Made by a program: the position numbers and the translations under genes
Part shown: positions 19,173 to 27,974 of the stretch, in pieces
Layout of the letters: each line of letters opens with the position of its first letter
Numbering within the stretch: position 1 is the stretch's first letter
Notes under the pieces: model-generated
The model's database searches: none
Told to the model about the DNA's origin: nothing
Seen by the model: only the letters and a program-made list of their open reading frames with translations
NCBI GenBank assembly: GCA_963708135.1
Contig: OY970192.1
Location: 1,056,001-1,120,000, forward strand
Length of the DNA stretch: 64,000 nucleotides
Origin: an uncultured Gemmatimonadales bacterium
GTDB lineage: Bacteria; Gemmatimonadota; Gemmatimonadetes; Longimicrobiales; RSA9
Direction of reading: 5' to 3'

Positions 19173-20747
19173 ATGGCCAGGGCGATCCTGAGCGTATCGG
19201 ACAAGACCGGCATCGTGGAGCTCGCCCGCGGGCTCGTGGCGCTCGGCTACGACATCATCTCGACGGGCGGGACGGCGCGCGCGCTCGGCGCGGAAGGCGT
19301 GGCCGTGATGTCGGTCAGTGACGTGACCGGGCACCCGGAGATCCTGGGCGGCCGCGTGAAGACGCTGCACCCGGCGGTGCACGGGGGGATCCTGGCGCGT
19401 CGCGATGCGGAGGGCGACCTGCGCGCGCTCGGCGAGTTCGGGTACGACCTGATCGACCTGGTGTGCGTCAACCTCTATCCGTTCGAGGAGACCGTGGCGC
19501 GCGGCGTCTCGCTGCGCGATGCAATGGAGCAGGTCGACATCGGCGGGCCGACGCTGCTGCGGGCGGCCGCCAAGAACCACGCATACGTGCTTCCGGTCGT
19601 GGACCCCGCCGACTACGGGCGGGTGCTCGACGCGCTGCGGACGGCGGTGCCGGATGCGCTGCGGCGCGAGCTCGCGGCGAAGGTGTTCGCGCACACGGCC
19701 CGGTACGACGGCGTGATCCGGGATTACCTGGGTGAGGGGGAGGGTGAGGGTGGGGGTAAGGGTGGGGGTAAGGGGCTGCGGGGGTTTCCGGAGGAGGGGG
19801 CGATCCGGCTGCGGAAGGTGCAGGGGCTGCGCTACGGGGAGAACCCGGACCAGACGGCGGCGTTCTACGCGGAGTCGGGTGCGCCGGCGGGGTCGCTACC
19901 CTCGCTCCGGCAGTTGCACGGGAAGGAGCTCTCCTTCAACAACCTCATCGACATCGATGCGGCCGTGCTGTGCGCGAGTGAGTGGGCCGGGGAGCCGCGC
20001 GCGGCGTGCGTGGTGGTCAAGCACACGACGCCGTGTGGCGTGGCGCTGGGGGAGAACGCGCTGGAGGCGTACCGGCGGGCGCTCGCGACGGACCCGGTGT
20101 CGGCGTTCGGGGGCATCGTCGCCTGCACGGTGCCGCTGGCGGCGCCCGCGGCGGAGGCCATGGCGGACCACTTCCTGGAGATCATCGTGGCGCCGGCGTT
20201 CGAGCCGGAGGCGCTCGAGGTGCTGACGCGGAAGAAGAACCTGCGGCTGATCGAGCTGCCTGTGGAGGCGGCCGGGCCGGGGGAGCTGGACTACAAGCGG
20301 GTGCGCGGTGGGCTGCTCGTGCAGACGCGGCTGGAGATGCGCTTTCCGGAGGACGAGTGGCGGGTGGTCACGGCGCGCGAGCCGACCGAGGAGGAGTGGC
20401 GCGATCTGCGTTTCGCCTGGCGCGTGTCGGCGGCGGTCAAGTCGAACGCGATCGTGCTGGTGCGCGAGGAGCGGACGCTGGGGCTCGGCGCCGGGCAGAT
20501 GAGCCGGGTGGACTCCTCGCGGCTGGCAGTGATGAAGGCGGCGGACCAGGGCCTGGATCTCGCGGGCGCGGCGCTGTCGTCGGACGCGTTCTTCCCGTTC
20601 CGCGACGGGGTGGACGCGGCGGCGCAAGCGGGCGCGCGCTCGATCATCCAGCCGGGCGGCTCGGTGCGCGACGCGGAGGTGATCGCGGCCGCGGACGAGC
20701 ACGGGATGGCGATGGTCTTCACCGGCCGGCGCCTCTTCCGGCACTGA
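19173..20747 (+). CDS. purH: Bifunctional AICAR transformylase/IMP cyclohydrolase
   Basis: SVSDKTG, GRVKTLHP, DIGGPT, LRYGENP, SDAFFPF, QPGGS, FTGRRLFRH. Confidence 0.97.
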   Translation: MARAILSVSDKTGIVELARGLVALGYDIISTGGTARALGAEGVAVMSVSDVTGHPEILGGRVKTLHPAVHGGILARRDAEGDLRALGEFGYDLIDLVCVNLYPFEETVARGVSLRDAMEQVDIGGPTLLRAAAKNHAYVLPVVDPADYGRVLDALRTAVPDALRRELAAKVFAHTARYDGVIRDYLGEGEGEGGGKGGGKGLRGFPEEGAIRLRKVQGLRYGENPDQTAAFYAESGAPAGSLPSLRQLHGKELSFNNLIDIDAAVLCASEWAGEPRAACVVVKHTTPCGVALGENALEAYRRALATDPVSAFGGIVACTVPLAAPAAEAMADHFLEIIVAPAFEPEALEVLTRKKNLRLIELPVEAAGPGELDYKRVRGGLLVQTRLEMRFPEDEWRVVTAREPTEEEWRDLRFAWRVSAAVKSNAIVLVREERTLGLGAGQMSRVDSSRLAVMKAADQGLDLAGAALSSDAFFPFRDGVDAAAQAGARSIIQPGGSVRDAEVIAAADEHGMAMVFTGRRLFRH

Positions 20748-21608
20748 GGCGGCGGGCGCCTCTTCCGGCCCCCTGCCAGGCCGCCCGAAGCCCGGCGGAG
20801 CCGTCCCGGCTCAGTGGCGCAGGATGTTCGCGACCACGACGCCCGACGGGATGGTGACGCCATACTCGCGGTTCACCTGCTTGATGCTCGCCGTGAGCAG
20901 CGCCTCCATGAGGAAAGGGTTGTGCACGGGCGAGCCGGGCAGGTCGGCGAGTCCGGTGTTGAACTTCGCGCCCTCGGCGGTGGTGTAGACGCTGTCGGCG
21001 GGATTGAACTGGGACGCGGGCACCTGCGCCAGCATCGCCTTCAGCTGGGCGTTCAGGTCGGCGATGCGCTGCGTGGCCACGAGGAAGGCGCTGCGGGCCG
21101 CGCCCGGGGTTCCGTGGCAGCCGCTGGTGGCGCAGGCGGCGAACTGGCGCTGGTCGATCGTGCAGGTGGTGTCGGCGGTCGGGACGCCCTTGTCGTTCAG
21201 GCAGGGGACCGCGAGGAAGAGGTGCCCCGTCGCGTGGAACACGAAGTTCCCAGTGGCGGGGTCCGTCACATCGTAGCTCTGCACGTGGCAGGTGGCGCAC
21301 ATGCGCGGGTTGGCCGCGGTCCGGTGCGTCCCCACGATCTGGGCGGAGTCGAAGGGCAGGCCGGGCGGCCACCAGCCGGCGTTGCCGAGCAGGAGCGGTG
21401 TCTCGGGGGCGTGGGTCTCACCACCGGTTGTAAACTGGACAGGAGCGACGGTTTGAAAATGGACACTCCCGTCGAGGAGGTGAAGTCGAGGGCCGAAGCG
21501 CCGCAGGCGCGGGAGGCCACGTTGACAGGGAGATGAACGAAGCCCTCGCAGTGCGTAGAATCGGGGCGTCAGCTTAAAGACGTTCCCGAGCACCGGAGGG
21601 CTCCGCCA

Positions 21609-22925
21609 GTGATCCTACGGGAGAGGTCCATGCAGATCAAGTTCCTGGCCCGCGAGGGCATGCAGAAGAGTCGGATTGCCGAGCGGCTGGGCGTCAGCCG
21701 CCAGACCGTCTACAACCACCTGAAGCGAAAGGAGGGAGAGCCGTTTCCGAAACCGCGATCGAAACGGGTCTCGAAGCTGGAGCCGTTCAAGGAGCACATC
21801 CGGGCGCGGCTGGAGTGCTTCGATCTGCCGGCCACGGTGCTCGTCCAGGAGATCCGGGCGCAGGGCTATCGTGGCGGACTGACGCTGCTGCGGGAGTTCG
21901 TGCGCCCGCTGAAGCAGGAGTTCGTGCGGCGGGTGACGGAGCGCTTCGAGACGCTGCCGGGGCAGCAGGCCCAGATCGACTGGGGGGAGTGCGGCAGCAT
22001 CGAGGTGGGCGGCGAGCGCCGGACGCTCTACGTCTTCGTCATGGTGCTGGGCTACAGCCGGATGATGTACGCGCGCTTCACGACCAGCTCGAAGCTGCCG
22101 GTGCTGCTGGCCTGTCTCGTTCGTGCCTTCGATGCGCTCGGCATCCCGAAGGAGATCCTGGTCGACAACATGAAGCAGGCGGTCGAGCAGCACGACGTCA
22201 CCACCGGCACGGTGCGCTGGAACAAGGGCTTCCTGGATTTCGCCGAGCACCACGGCTTCCTTCCGGTGGCGAGCCCACCGTACTGGCCACGGGTGAAGGG
22301 GAAGGTCGAGCGGGGCGTGGGCTACCTCAAGACCTCGTTCCTGGAGGGCCGCACCTTCACCGACCTCGAGGACCTGAACCGGCAGCTTGCGGTCTGGCTG
22401 GACACGGTGGCCAACGTGCGGATCCACGGCACCACCGGGCAGCGGCCGATCGACCGCCATGCGCTCGAGCTCGCGCACCTGCGGCCACTCGCAGCCGTGC
22501 CGGCCTACGACGTGCGCCCGGTGGAGCTCCGTACGGTCCCCTCCGACAGCCACATCAGCTACGGCGGGGTGCGCTACAGCGTGGATCCCATCGCGGTGGG
22601 TGGCACGGTGGTGGTCCGCTCGGAAGGGGGCGCGGTGGGAGACGCCTTCTCGGTCTACTTCGGTGCGCACCTGGTCGCGTGCCATCGGAGAAGGCCCAGC
22701 GGCTCGCCCCGCGTGACCCTGCCCGAACACGCGGCGCAGATCCGACGCCTCACGCGCGGCAGCGCCGAAGCGGCCGCTCGCCGCCGAGGCCATCAGCCAA
22801 GCTACGTACAGGTGGGCCAAGGCGGAGGCATTCTCTTGCTGGAGCGGATCCAGCGCTCGGCTCCGCAGGTCCAGGTGCAGCCGCTCTCGGCGTATGAGCG
22901 CCTCCTCGGGGACGGTGCGGCGTGA
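21609..22925 (+). CDS. istA: IS21 transposase IstA
   Basis: N-terminal HTH, RFETLPGQQAQIDWG, LVDNMK, KGKVER. Confidence 0.95.
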   Translation: MILRERSMQIKFLAREGMQKSRIAERLGVSRQTVYNHLKRKEGEPFPKPRSKRVSKLEPFKEHIRARLECFDLPATVLVQEIRAQGYRGGLTLLREFVRPLKQEFVRRVTERFETLPGQQAQIDWGECGSIEVGGERRTLYVFVMVLGYSRMMYARFTTSSKLPVLLACLVRAFDALGIPKEILVDNMKQAVEQHDVTTGTVRWNKGFLDFAEHHGFLPVASPPYWPRVKGKVERGVGYLKTSFLEGRTFTDLEDLNRQLAVWLDTVANVRIHGTTGQRPIDRHALELAHLRPLAAVPAYDVRPVELRTVPSDSHISYGGVRYSVDPIAVGGTVVVRSEGGAVGDAFSVYFGAHLVACHRRRPSGSPRVTLPEHAAQIRRLTRGSAEAAARRRGHQPSYVQVGQGGGILLLERIQRSAPQVQVQPLSAYERLLGDGAA

Positions 22926-23692
22926 GTGCGGCCGTGAGCTATGAGCGGGTGCGGGACCAGCTCGGGCGCCTGAAGCTCGAGTCCGCGCTTGCCTCCCTGG
23001 ACAGCGTCCTCGAGCAGGGGCAGAAGCAGGAGCAGCTCCCGGTTGAAGTGCTCGATGAGCTGCTCGGCCGCGAGCTCGCCACCCGCTTCGAGCGCCGCGT
23101 CAGCACCAACCTGAAGCTCAGCGGCATTCCGGCACCCAAGACCCTGGAGAGCTTCGACTTCGACGCCCAGCCCTCCGTGCCGAAGGAGGTCATCCGGGAG
23201 CTCGCCACGCTGCGCTTTCTCCATCAGGGCGAGAACGTCGTGTTCCTCGGGCCCTGCGGGGTCGGCAAGAGCCACCTGGCCGTGGCCCTCGCGATCCGGG
23301 CGATCGAGCGCGGGCACCGCGCCTACTTCCTCAGCCTCCACGAGCTGGTGACCCGCTCCCGCGTGGCGCGCGAGAAGAACCGCCTCGACATCCTCCTGCG
23401 CGTCATCATCCGCGCCGATCTCTTCCTGCTCGACGAGGTGGGATACCTCCCGCTCGAGAGCGAGGACGCCACCTTCCTCTTCGAGGCCGTAAGCCGCCGC
23501 TACGAGGCCAACAAGTCGATCCTCCTCACCAGCAACAAGAGCTACGGGCAGTGGGACGAGATCTTTCCGGATCCGGTCCTCGCCACCGCGCTCCTGGACC
23601 GGCTGCTGCACCACGCCACCACCATCAACATCCGCGGCGAGAGCTATCGTCTCCGCAACCGCCGCGGCGCCGGCCTCACCACCACCCACTGA
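22922..23692 (+). CDS. istB: IS21 helper ATPase IstB
   Basis: GPCGVGKS, LDEVGY, TSN, LDRLLHH, GESYR. Confidence 0.95.
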   Translation: MSAAVSYERVRDQLGRLKLESALASLDSVLEQGQKQEQLPVEVLDELLGRELATRFERRVSTNLKLSGIPAPKTLESFDFDAQPSVPKEVIRELATLRFLHQGENVVFLGPCGVGKSHLAVALAIRAIERGHRAYFLSLHELVTRSRVAREKNRLDILLRVIIRADLFLLDEVGYLPLESEDATFLFEAVSRRYEANKSILLTSNKSYGQWDEIFPDPVLATALLDRLLHHATTINIRGESYRLRNRRGAGLTTTH

Positions 23693-24811
23693 GAGAGGAG
23701 ATCCCCCATGCCGCGTTAGCGCCAAGACCGACGGAAGTGTCCAATTCTAAACCGTTGGACCTGTCAACTTCTCAACCGGCCTTGACAGGCGTGGGGGCCG
23801 CGCCCGGCATCCGCCGGGTCGGGGCCGCCGCGGCGGTTGTGGCAGCGCATGCAGAGGTTCTTCGAGGGGTCGGGCACGTTGTCGGCGAGGCGGAGCTGCC
23901 CGGGGTGGTTGTTCCGGTGCGGGTCGTGGCACACGGCGCACGTGATGGGCAGCGCGGCGGAGTCCTTGTCGATGTAGTTGGTCTCCACGTTGAACTGGTC
24001 GAGCGCGCCCTGCGCGATATGGCACCCCTGGCACTCGGGGCGGCCGGCAGGCGCCGAGAGCACCTGCGAGTGGGGCGACTTCGACCATTCCTCCACGAAC
24101 GGGTGGTGCGTCCCGTTGTGGCACTCGCCGCACCCGCGCTCGAGGTCCACTCCCACCGCCACGGAGGCGAGCGGCACGTTGTCGGGCTTCGGGTCGCTGA
24201 CGTGCGTGAGCCCCGGTCCGTGGCAGGACTCGCACTGCACGTTCACGTAGCGCGGATCCGCGACGGCGAGGTAGCCGACGTGTGCAGAGTCGGGCAGGGG
24301 GTTGCCACGCCCGTTCACACTGTGGCACGCCTCGCACACCGGCTGCGCGCCGCCGCTCTGTTGGAGGGTGGCCCAGGCGTGGGCGTGTGCCGTCTGCTTC
24401 CACTCCGTCTGCTTGTCGATGTGGCAGTTGCCGCAGACGGTCATCTCCCTGGTCGTGTCGGAGAAGCCGAGGAACCCCGCCGCCTCGGCCGGAACCCCCG
24501 CCGTCAGCTCGCGCTCCTTGAAGACCGTGCGGGTATCGACGCATCCCGCCGCGAGCGGCAGCAGCATCAGCAGGGCGAGCAGACGCGGCGACGTCAAGCG
24601 GGTGTGAGCGGCGTGCATCGGCCCCTCCGGGGGGCAAGGAGTGCGTGGGATCGGCCGCCGGACGCGGGAAGAGGTGAATACCGACGCCGGGCGGCCGGAC
24701 GGCGGGCGCGGGGTGCAAGGCGCGTACCGCGGCGGGAGTGCGCGTGCCCCGGACGGCCCAGCCACGCGGCCGGCTCCGGACTAGCGCGTCCGCGTCAGGC
24801 GACGCCGCGCT

Positions 24812-25710
24812 TCAGGGCGGCCGCGCGTACCAGTCCGCGCGGGTGGGAGGCAGGCCGCTCTCGTCGCGGGTCTCCTTCTGGAGCAGCGTCTGGTAGAGGT
24901 TCATGCCGCTGGTGCGGAACTGGTGGGCAGCGGCGCCGAACACCAGGCGCCATGCGCGGTAAACGGCGCGGCCGACGAGCCGCTCGGCATCGGCCTGGCG
25001 GGCGTCGAGGCGACGCAGCCAGTGGCGCAGGGTCCACATGTAGTGCTCCCTGAGCGACTCGACATCGCGGACTTCGAAGCCCGCGAGCTCCGCCGCTCGC
25101 AGGGCGGTGCAGAGCGGCACGAGATCATGGTCGGGGAAGACGTAGGTGGCGGCGAAGGTGGAACCGGGGGAGCCATCGTCCGCCCGTCCCGCGATGGCGT
25201 GGTTGAGGAAGAGCCCGCCGGGCCGCAGCAGGCGGGCGGCGTGGGCGAAGTACTCGCTCGCCCTGGCGGCGCCGACGTGCTCGAACATCCCGACGCTGGC
25301 CACCTTGTCGAAGGGCTCCGGCGCCTCGAGCTCGCGGTAGTCGCGCAGCGCCGGGCCTCGCCCATCTCGAGGCGCAGCAGCGCCGCCAGAATGCGCATCC
25401 GGTCGGCCAGCCGCCGCGGCCGCGAGAGGAGCGCGTCGCCGACGGCCGCGGCGGCTTCCACGTCGCCCTCGAAGTCCAGCTCGTCCGCCATGTACGCCTC
25501 GCCGAGCCCGCGGTCATCGCGCGCGCGGATGAGCTCGCGCAGCACCCGGGGCGAGCGCAGCACGAGCGTGAAGCGCACCGGCAGGCGGGGATCGCCGCGC
25601 CACTCGCGGCCGTCCCAGAGGCGGACGAGGAACGGCCGCTCGGCGAGCCCGTCGAACAGCGCGCCGAGCAGGGTGAAGGTCGTGTCCGGTTCGATGGCCT
25701 GGGTGCTCAT
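24812..25710 (-). pseudogene. cfa: Cyclopropane-fatty-acyl-phospholipid synthase with an internal deletion and frameshift
   Basis: N-terminal GLGEAY..DFEGD is joined out of frame near 25350 to RDYREL..FDKVASVGMFEHVG..YVFP..ESLREHY. The HY/SCA motifs and the SAM-binding GCGWG motif are missing. Confidence 0.8.
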
Positions 25711-25908
25711 GGGCGTGTGCCGGTCAGGGGATCGATCGTGCGGGCTCGCGGTCGGCTGCGCGGACGCGGGCCAGGCGCCTCGCTGGGCCGTCCCGCGCGC
25801 TGACGTGCGCTCGGGGCGGAACGCCCCCGCGCGCGGGAAGCGGGGCCGGGGCGTCCCGGGCGGGGGCAGAAGGTCCCGTCGGAGTCGCGATGCGGGGCGG
25901 CGGCAACT

Positions 25909-25930
25909 CGACAATGCGTTGTCGTATAAT
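25909..25930 (+). promoter_or_regulatory. Palindromic operator abutting a TATAAT -10 box
   Basis: CGACAA-TGCG-TTGTCG followed immediately by TATAAT (25925-25930). Confidence 0.55.
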
Positions 25931-26076
25931 GATATGTGGAATGGCCGACCAGGTGGCGGGTCGGGCACGGAACGCGCAGCGGAGCGGGCCCGGGCCGCGA
26001 GTGCGCGGCCCGGGAGTGCCGCCGCCCCGTCGCGACGGCGCGCGCGCGGTCGGACGGGCGCAAGGGGAGAGCATCG

Positions 26077-27894
26077 ATGGGACTGTTCACGCGCGATCTG
26101 ATCCTGTTGCACCCGCCGAGCGTCTACGACTTCAGGTCGGATGAAGCCTTGCTGGGCCCGGTGAGCGACGTCGTGCCGTCGTCGCCGGTGTTCGAGATGT
26201 ACCCGATGGGGCTGACGAGCATCGCGCACCGGCTGGAGACCGAGGGGTTCAACGTCACGATCGTGAACGTGGCGTACCGGATGCTGCGGGACCCCGGCTA
26301 CGATGCGGCGGCGGAAATCGCGCGGCTCGAGCCGAAGCTGTTCGGCATCGACCTGCACTGGCTGCCGCATGCGCACGGTGCGCTGGAGCTGGCGCGGATC
26401 GTCAAGGAGGCGCATCCGGAGATTCCGCTGATCATGGGCGGCCTGAGCGCATCGTACTACTGGGAGGAGCTGATCCGCTACCCCTTCGTGGACCTGGTGA
26501 TGCGGGGGGACTCCACGGAGGAGCCGATGCTGGCGCTGATGCGGGCGCTTCGGCGGGGCAGCACGCTCACGGACGTGCCGAACCTGGTGTGGAAGGACGA
26601 GGCGGGGCGGGTGGTGGACAACGGGCTGACGCACGTCCCCTCGGACATCGATGGCGTCTCGCTGCCGAACATCATGTACGTGATCCGGTCGGTGTTCAAG
26701 TACGGCAGCCTGGCGAACGTGATGCCGTACGTGGACTGGCTGGACTACCCGATGACGGCGCTGCTGACGTCGCGGGGGTGCAGCTTCGACTGCGCGATCT
26801 GCGGCGGCTCGCGCTCGGCGTACCGTCAGATCTGCAACCGTACGCGGCCGGCGTTCCGCTCGCCCGAGGCGCTGGTGCGCGACATCCGCGAGATCCGCGG
26901 CTTCAGCCGCGCGCCGATCATGCTGCTGAACGACGTACGGCAGGGGGGAGCGGAGCACGCGGCGAGGTTCCTGGAGCTGCTGGCGCGGGAGCGGGTGAAG
27001 AACGAGCTGATCGTGGAGCTGTTCTTCCCGGTTCGGGACGACTTTTTCGAGCGGCTGGCGGGCGCGGTGCCGCACTTCAGCGTGGAGATCACGCTCGAGT
27101 CGCACAAGGAGGAGATCCGGCGGCTGAACGGCAAGCTGGCGTGCAGCAACGAGGAGATCGAGGCGACGATCGCGAAAGCGCTGGCCGCCGGCGTGAACCG
27201 CGTGGACCTGTTCTTCATGGTGGGGCTGCCGAAGCAGAGCTACGCCGACGCGGTGGGCTGTGTGGACTACTGCCGCTCGCTGCTGGAGCGCTTCAGGGGC
27301 GATCGGCGGCTGTGGTTCTTCGTCGCGCCGCTGGCGCCGTTCCTGGATCCGGGCAGCCGGGTGTTCGAGGCGCCCGAGCAGTTCGGCGTGACGCGGCGGT
27401 GGCGCACGCTCGAGGAGCACCGGCAGGCGCTCGCGGGCCCGACGTGGAAGCACATCCTGAATTACGAGACGGACGCGATGACGCGCGACCAGATCGTGGA
27501 TGCGACGTACGAGGCCGCGCTCCGGCTGGCGCTGCTGAAGTGGGAGTACGGCTCGATCGACGTCGCGGCGATGGCGGAGATCGCGGGGAAGGTGGCGAAG
27601 TCGCGCAGCGCGATCCGGGAGGTGGATGCGATCCTGGCGCTGCCGGAGGGGGAGGAGCGGACGCGGCGGCTGGAGGCCGTGAAGCGGCGGGCGCGCGAGC
27701 TGCGCGCGCAACCGGCGGGGTCGAAGGAAGTCATGAAGTGGCCGATCCGGCGGCGCTTCCGCTCGCTGCCGCGGCTGGGGCTGATCGGCGCGCGGCTGCT
27801 GGGCCGCGAAGTGTACCTGCTGCTGTTCAAGCGGCTGGGGCTCATGCTGGCCGAGCGGAGCCGTTCGCAGGGGACGCCGACTGCGGCGCGGTAG
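26077..27894 (+). CDS. B12-binding radical SAM protein (resembles the TIGR04190/Ta0216 family)
   Basis: DLILLHPPSVYDFR, GPVSDVVPSSPVFEMYPMG, GIDLHWLPHAHG, CSFDCAIC, PFLDPGS. Confidence 0.85.
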   Translation: MGLFTRDLILLHPPSVYDFRSDEALLGPVSDVVPSSPVFEMYPMGLTSIAHRLETEGFNVTIVNVAYRMLRDPGYDAAAEIARLEPKLFGIDLHWLPHAHGALELARIVKEAHPEIPLIMGGLSASYYWEELIRYPFVDLVMRGDSTEEPMLALMRALRRGSTLTDVPNLVWKDEAGRVVDNGLTHVPSDIDGVSLPNIMYVIRSVFKYGSLANVMPYVDWLDYPMTALLTSRGCSFDCAICGGSRSAYRQICNRTRPAFRSPEALVRDIREIRGFSRAPIMLLNDVRQGGAEHAARFLELLARERVKNELIVELFFPVRDDFFERLAGAVPHFSVEITLESHKEEIRRLNGKLACSNEEIEATIAKALAAGVNRVDLFFMVGLPKQSYADAVGCVDYCRSLLERFRGDRRLWFFVAPLAPFLDPGSRVFEAPEQFGVTRRWRTLEEHRQALAGPTWKHILNYETDAMTRDQIVDATYEAALRLALLKWEYGSIDVAAMAEIAGKVAKSRSAIREVDAILALPEGEERTRRLEAVKRRARELRAQPAGSKEVMKWPIRRRFRSLPRLGLIGARLLGREVYLLLFKRLGLMLAERSRSQGTPTAAR

Positions 27895-27974
27895 CGGCGG
27901 CTGACTCTCCCACTTCGACTTTTCGCGTATATTGGCGCGGGGGAACGGAGAGGGCCGCCAGACCGGGGGGCGCG

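Larger units (their letters stand above)
21416..23787 (+). mobile_element. IS21-family insertion sequence with an 8-bp target duplication
   Basis: GGCGTGGG at 21408-21415 and 23788-23795; long imperfect terminal IRs sharing CCGGTTG, GACAGG, ACGGTTT and TGGACACT. Confidence 0.92.
20811..24618 (-). pseudogene. Multiheme cytochrome c lipoprotein (about 475 aa) interrupted by IS21
   Basis: Lipobox LAAG-C. Seven CxxCH motifs in 24618-23788; CATCH and CATSGCH in 21407-20811. Removing the IS and one TSD restores the frame (GRGPHA-PETPLLLG). Confidence 0.85.

Noticed and set aside
21522..21561. TTGACA and TAGAAT as the istA promoter
   Set aside because: They are 28 nt apart, too far for a single sigma70 promoter.
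26589..27974. 1105-aa NadE ORF
   Set aside because: The upstream part is an off-frame shadow of the radical SAM gene.
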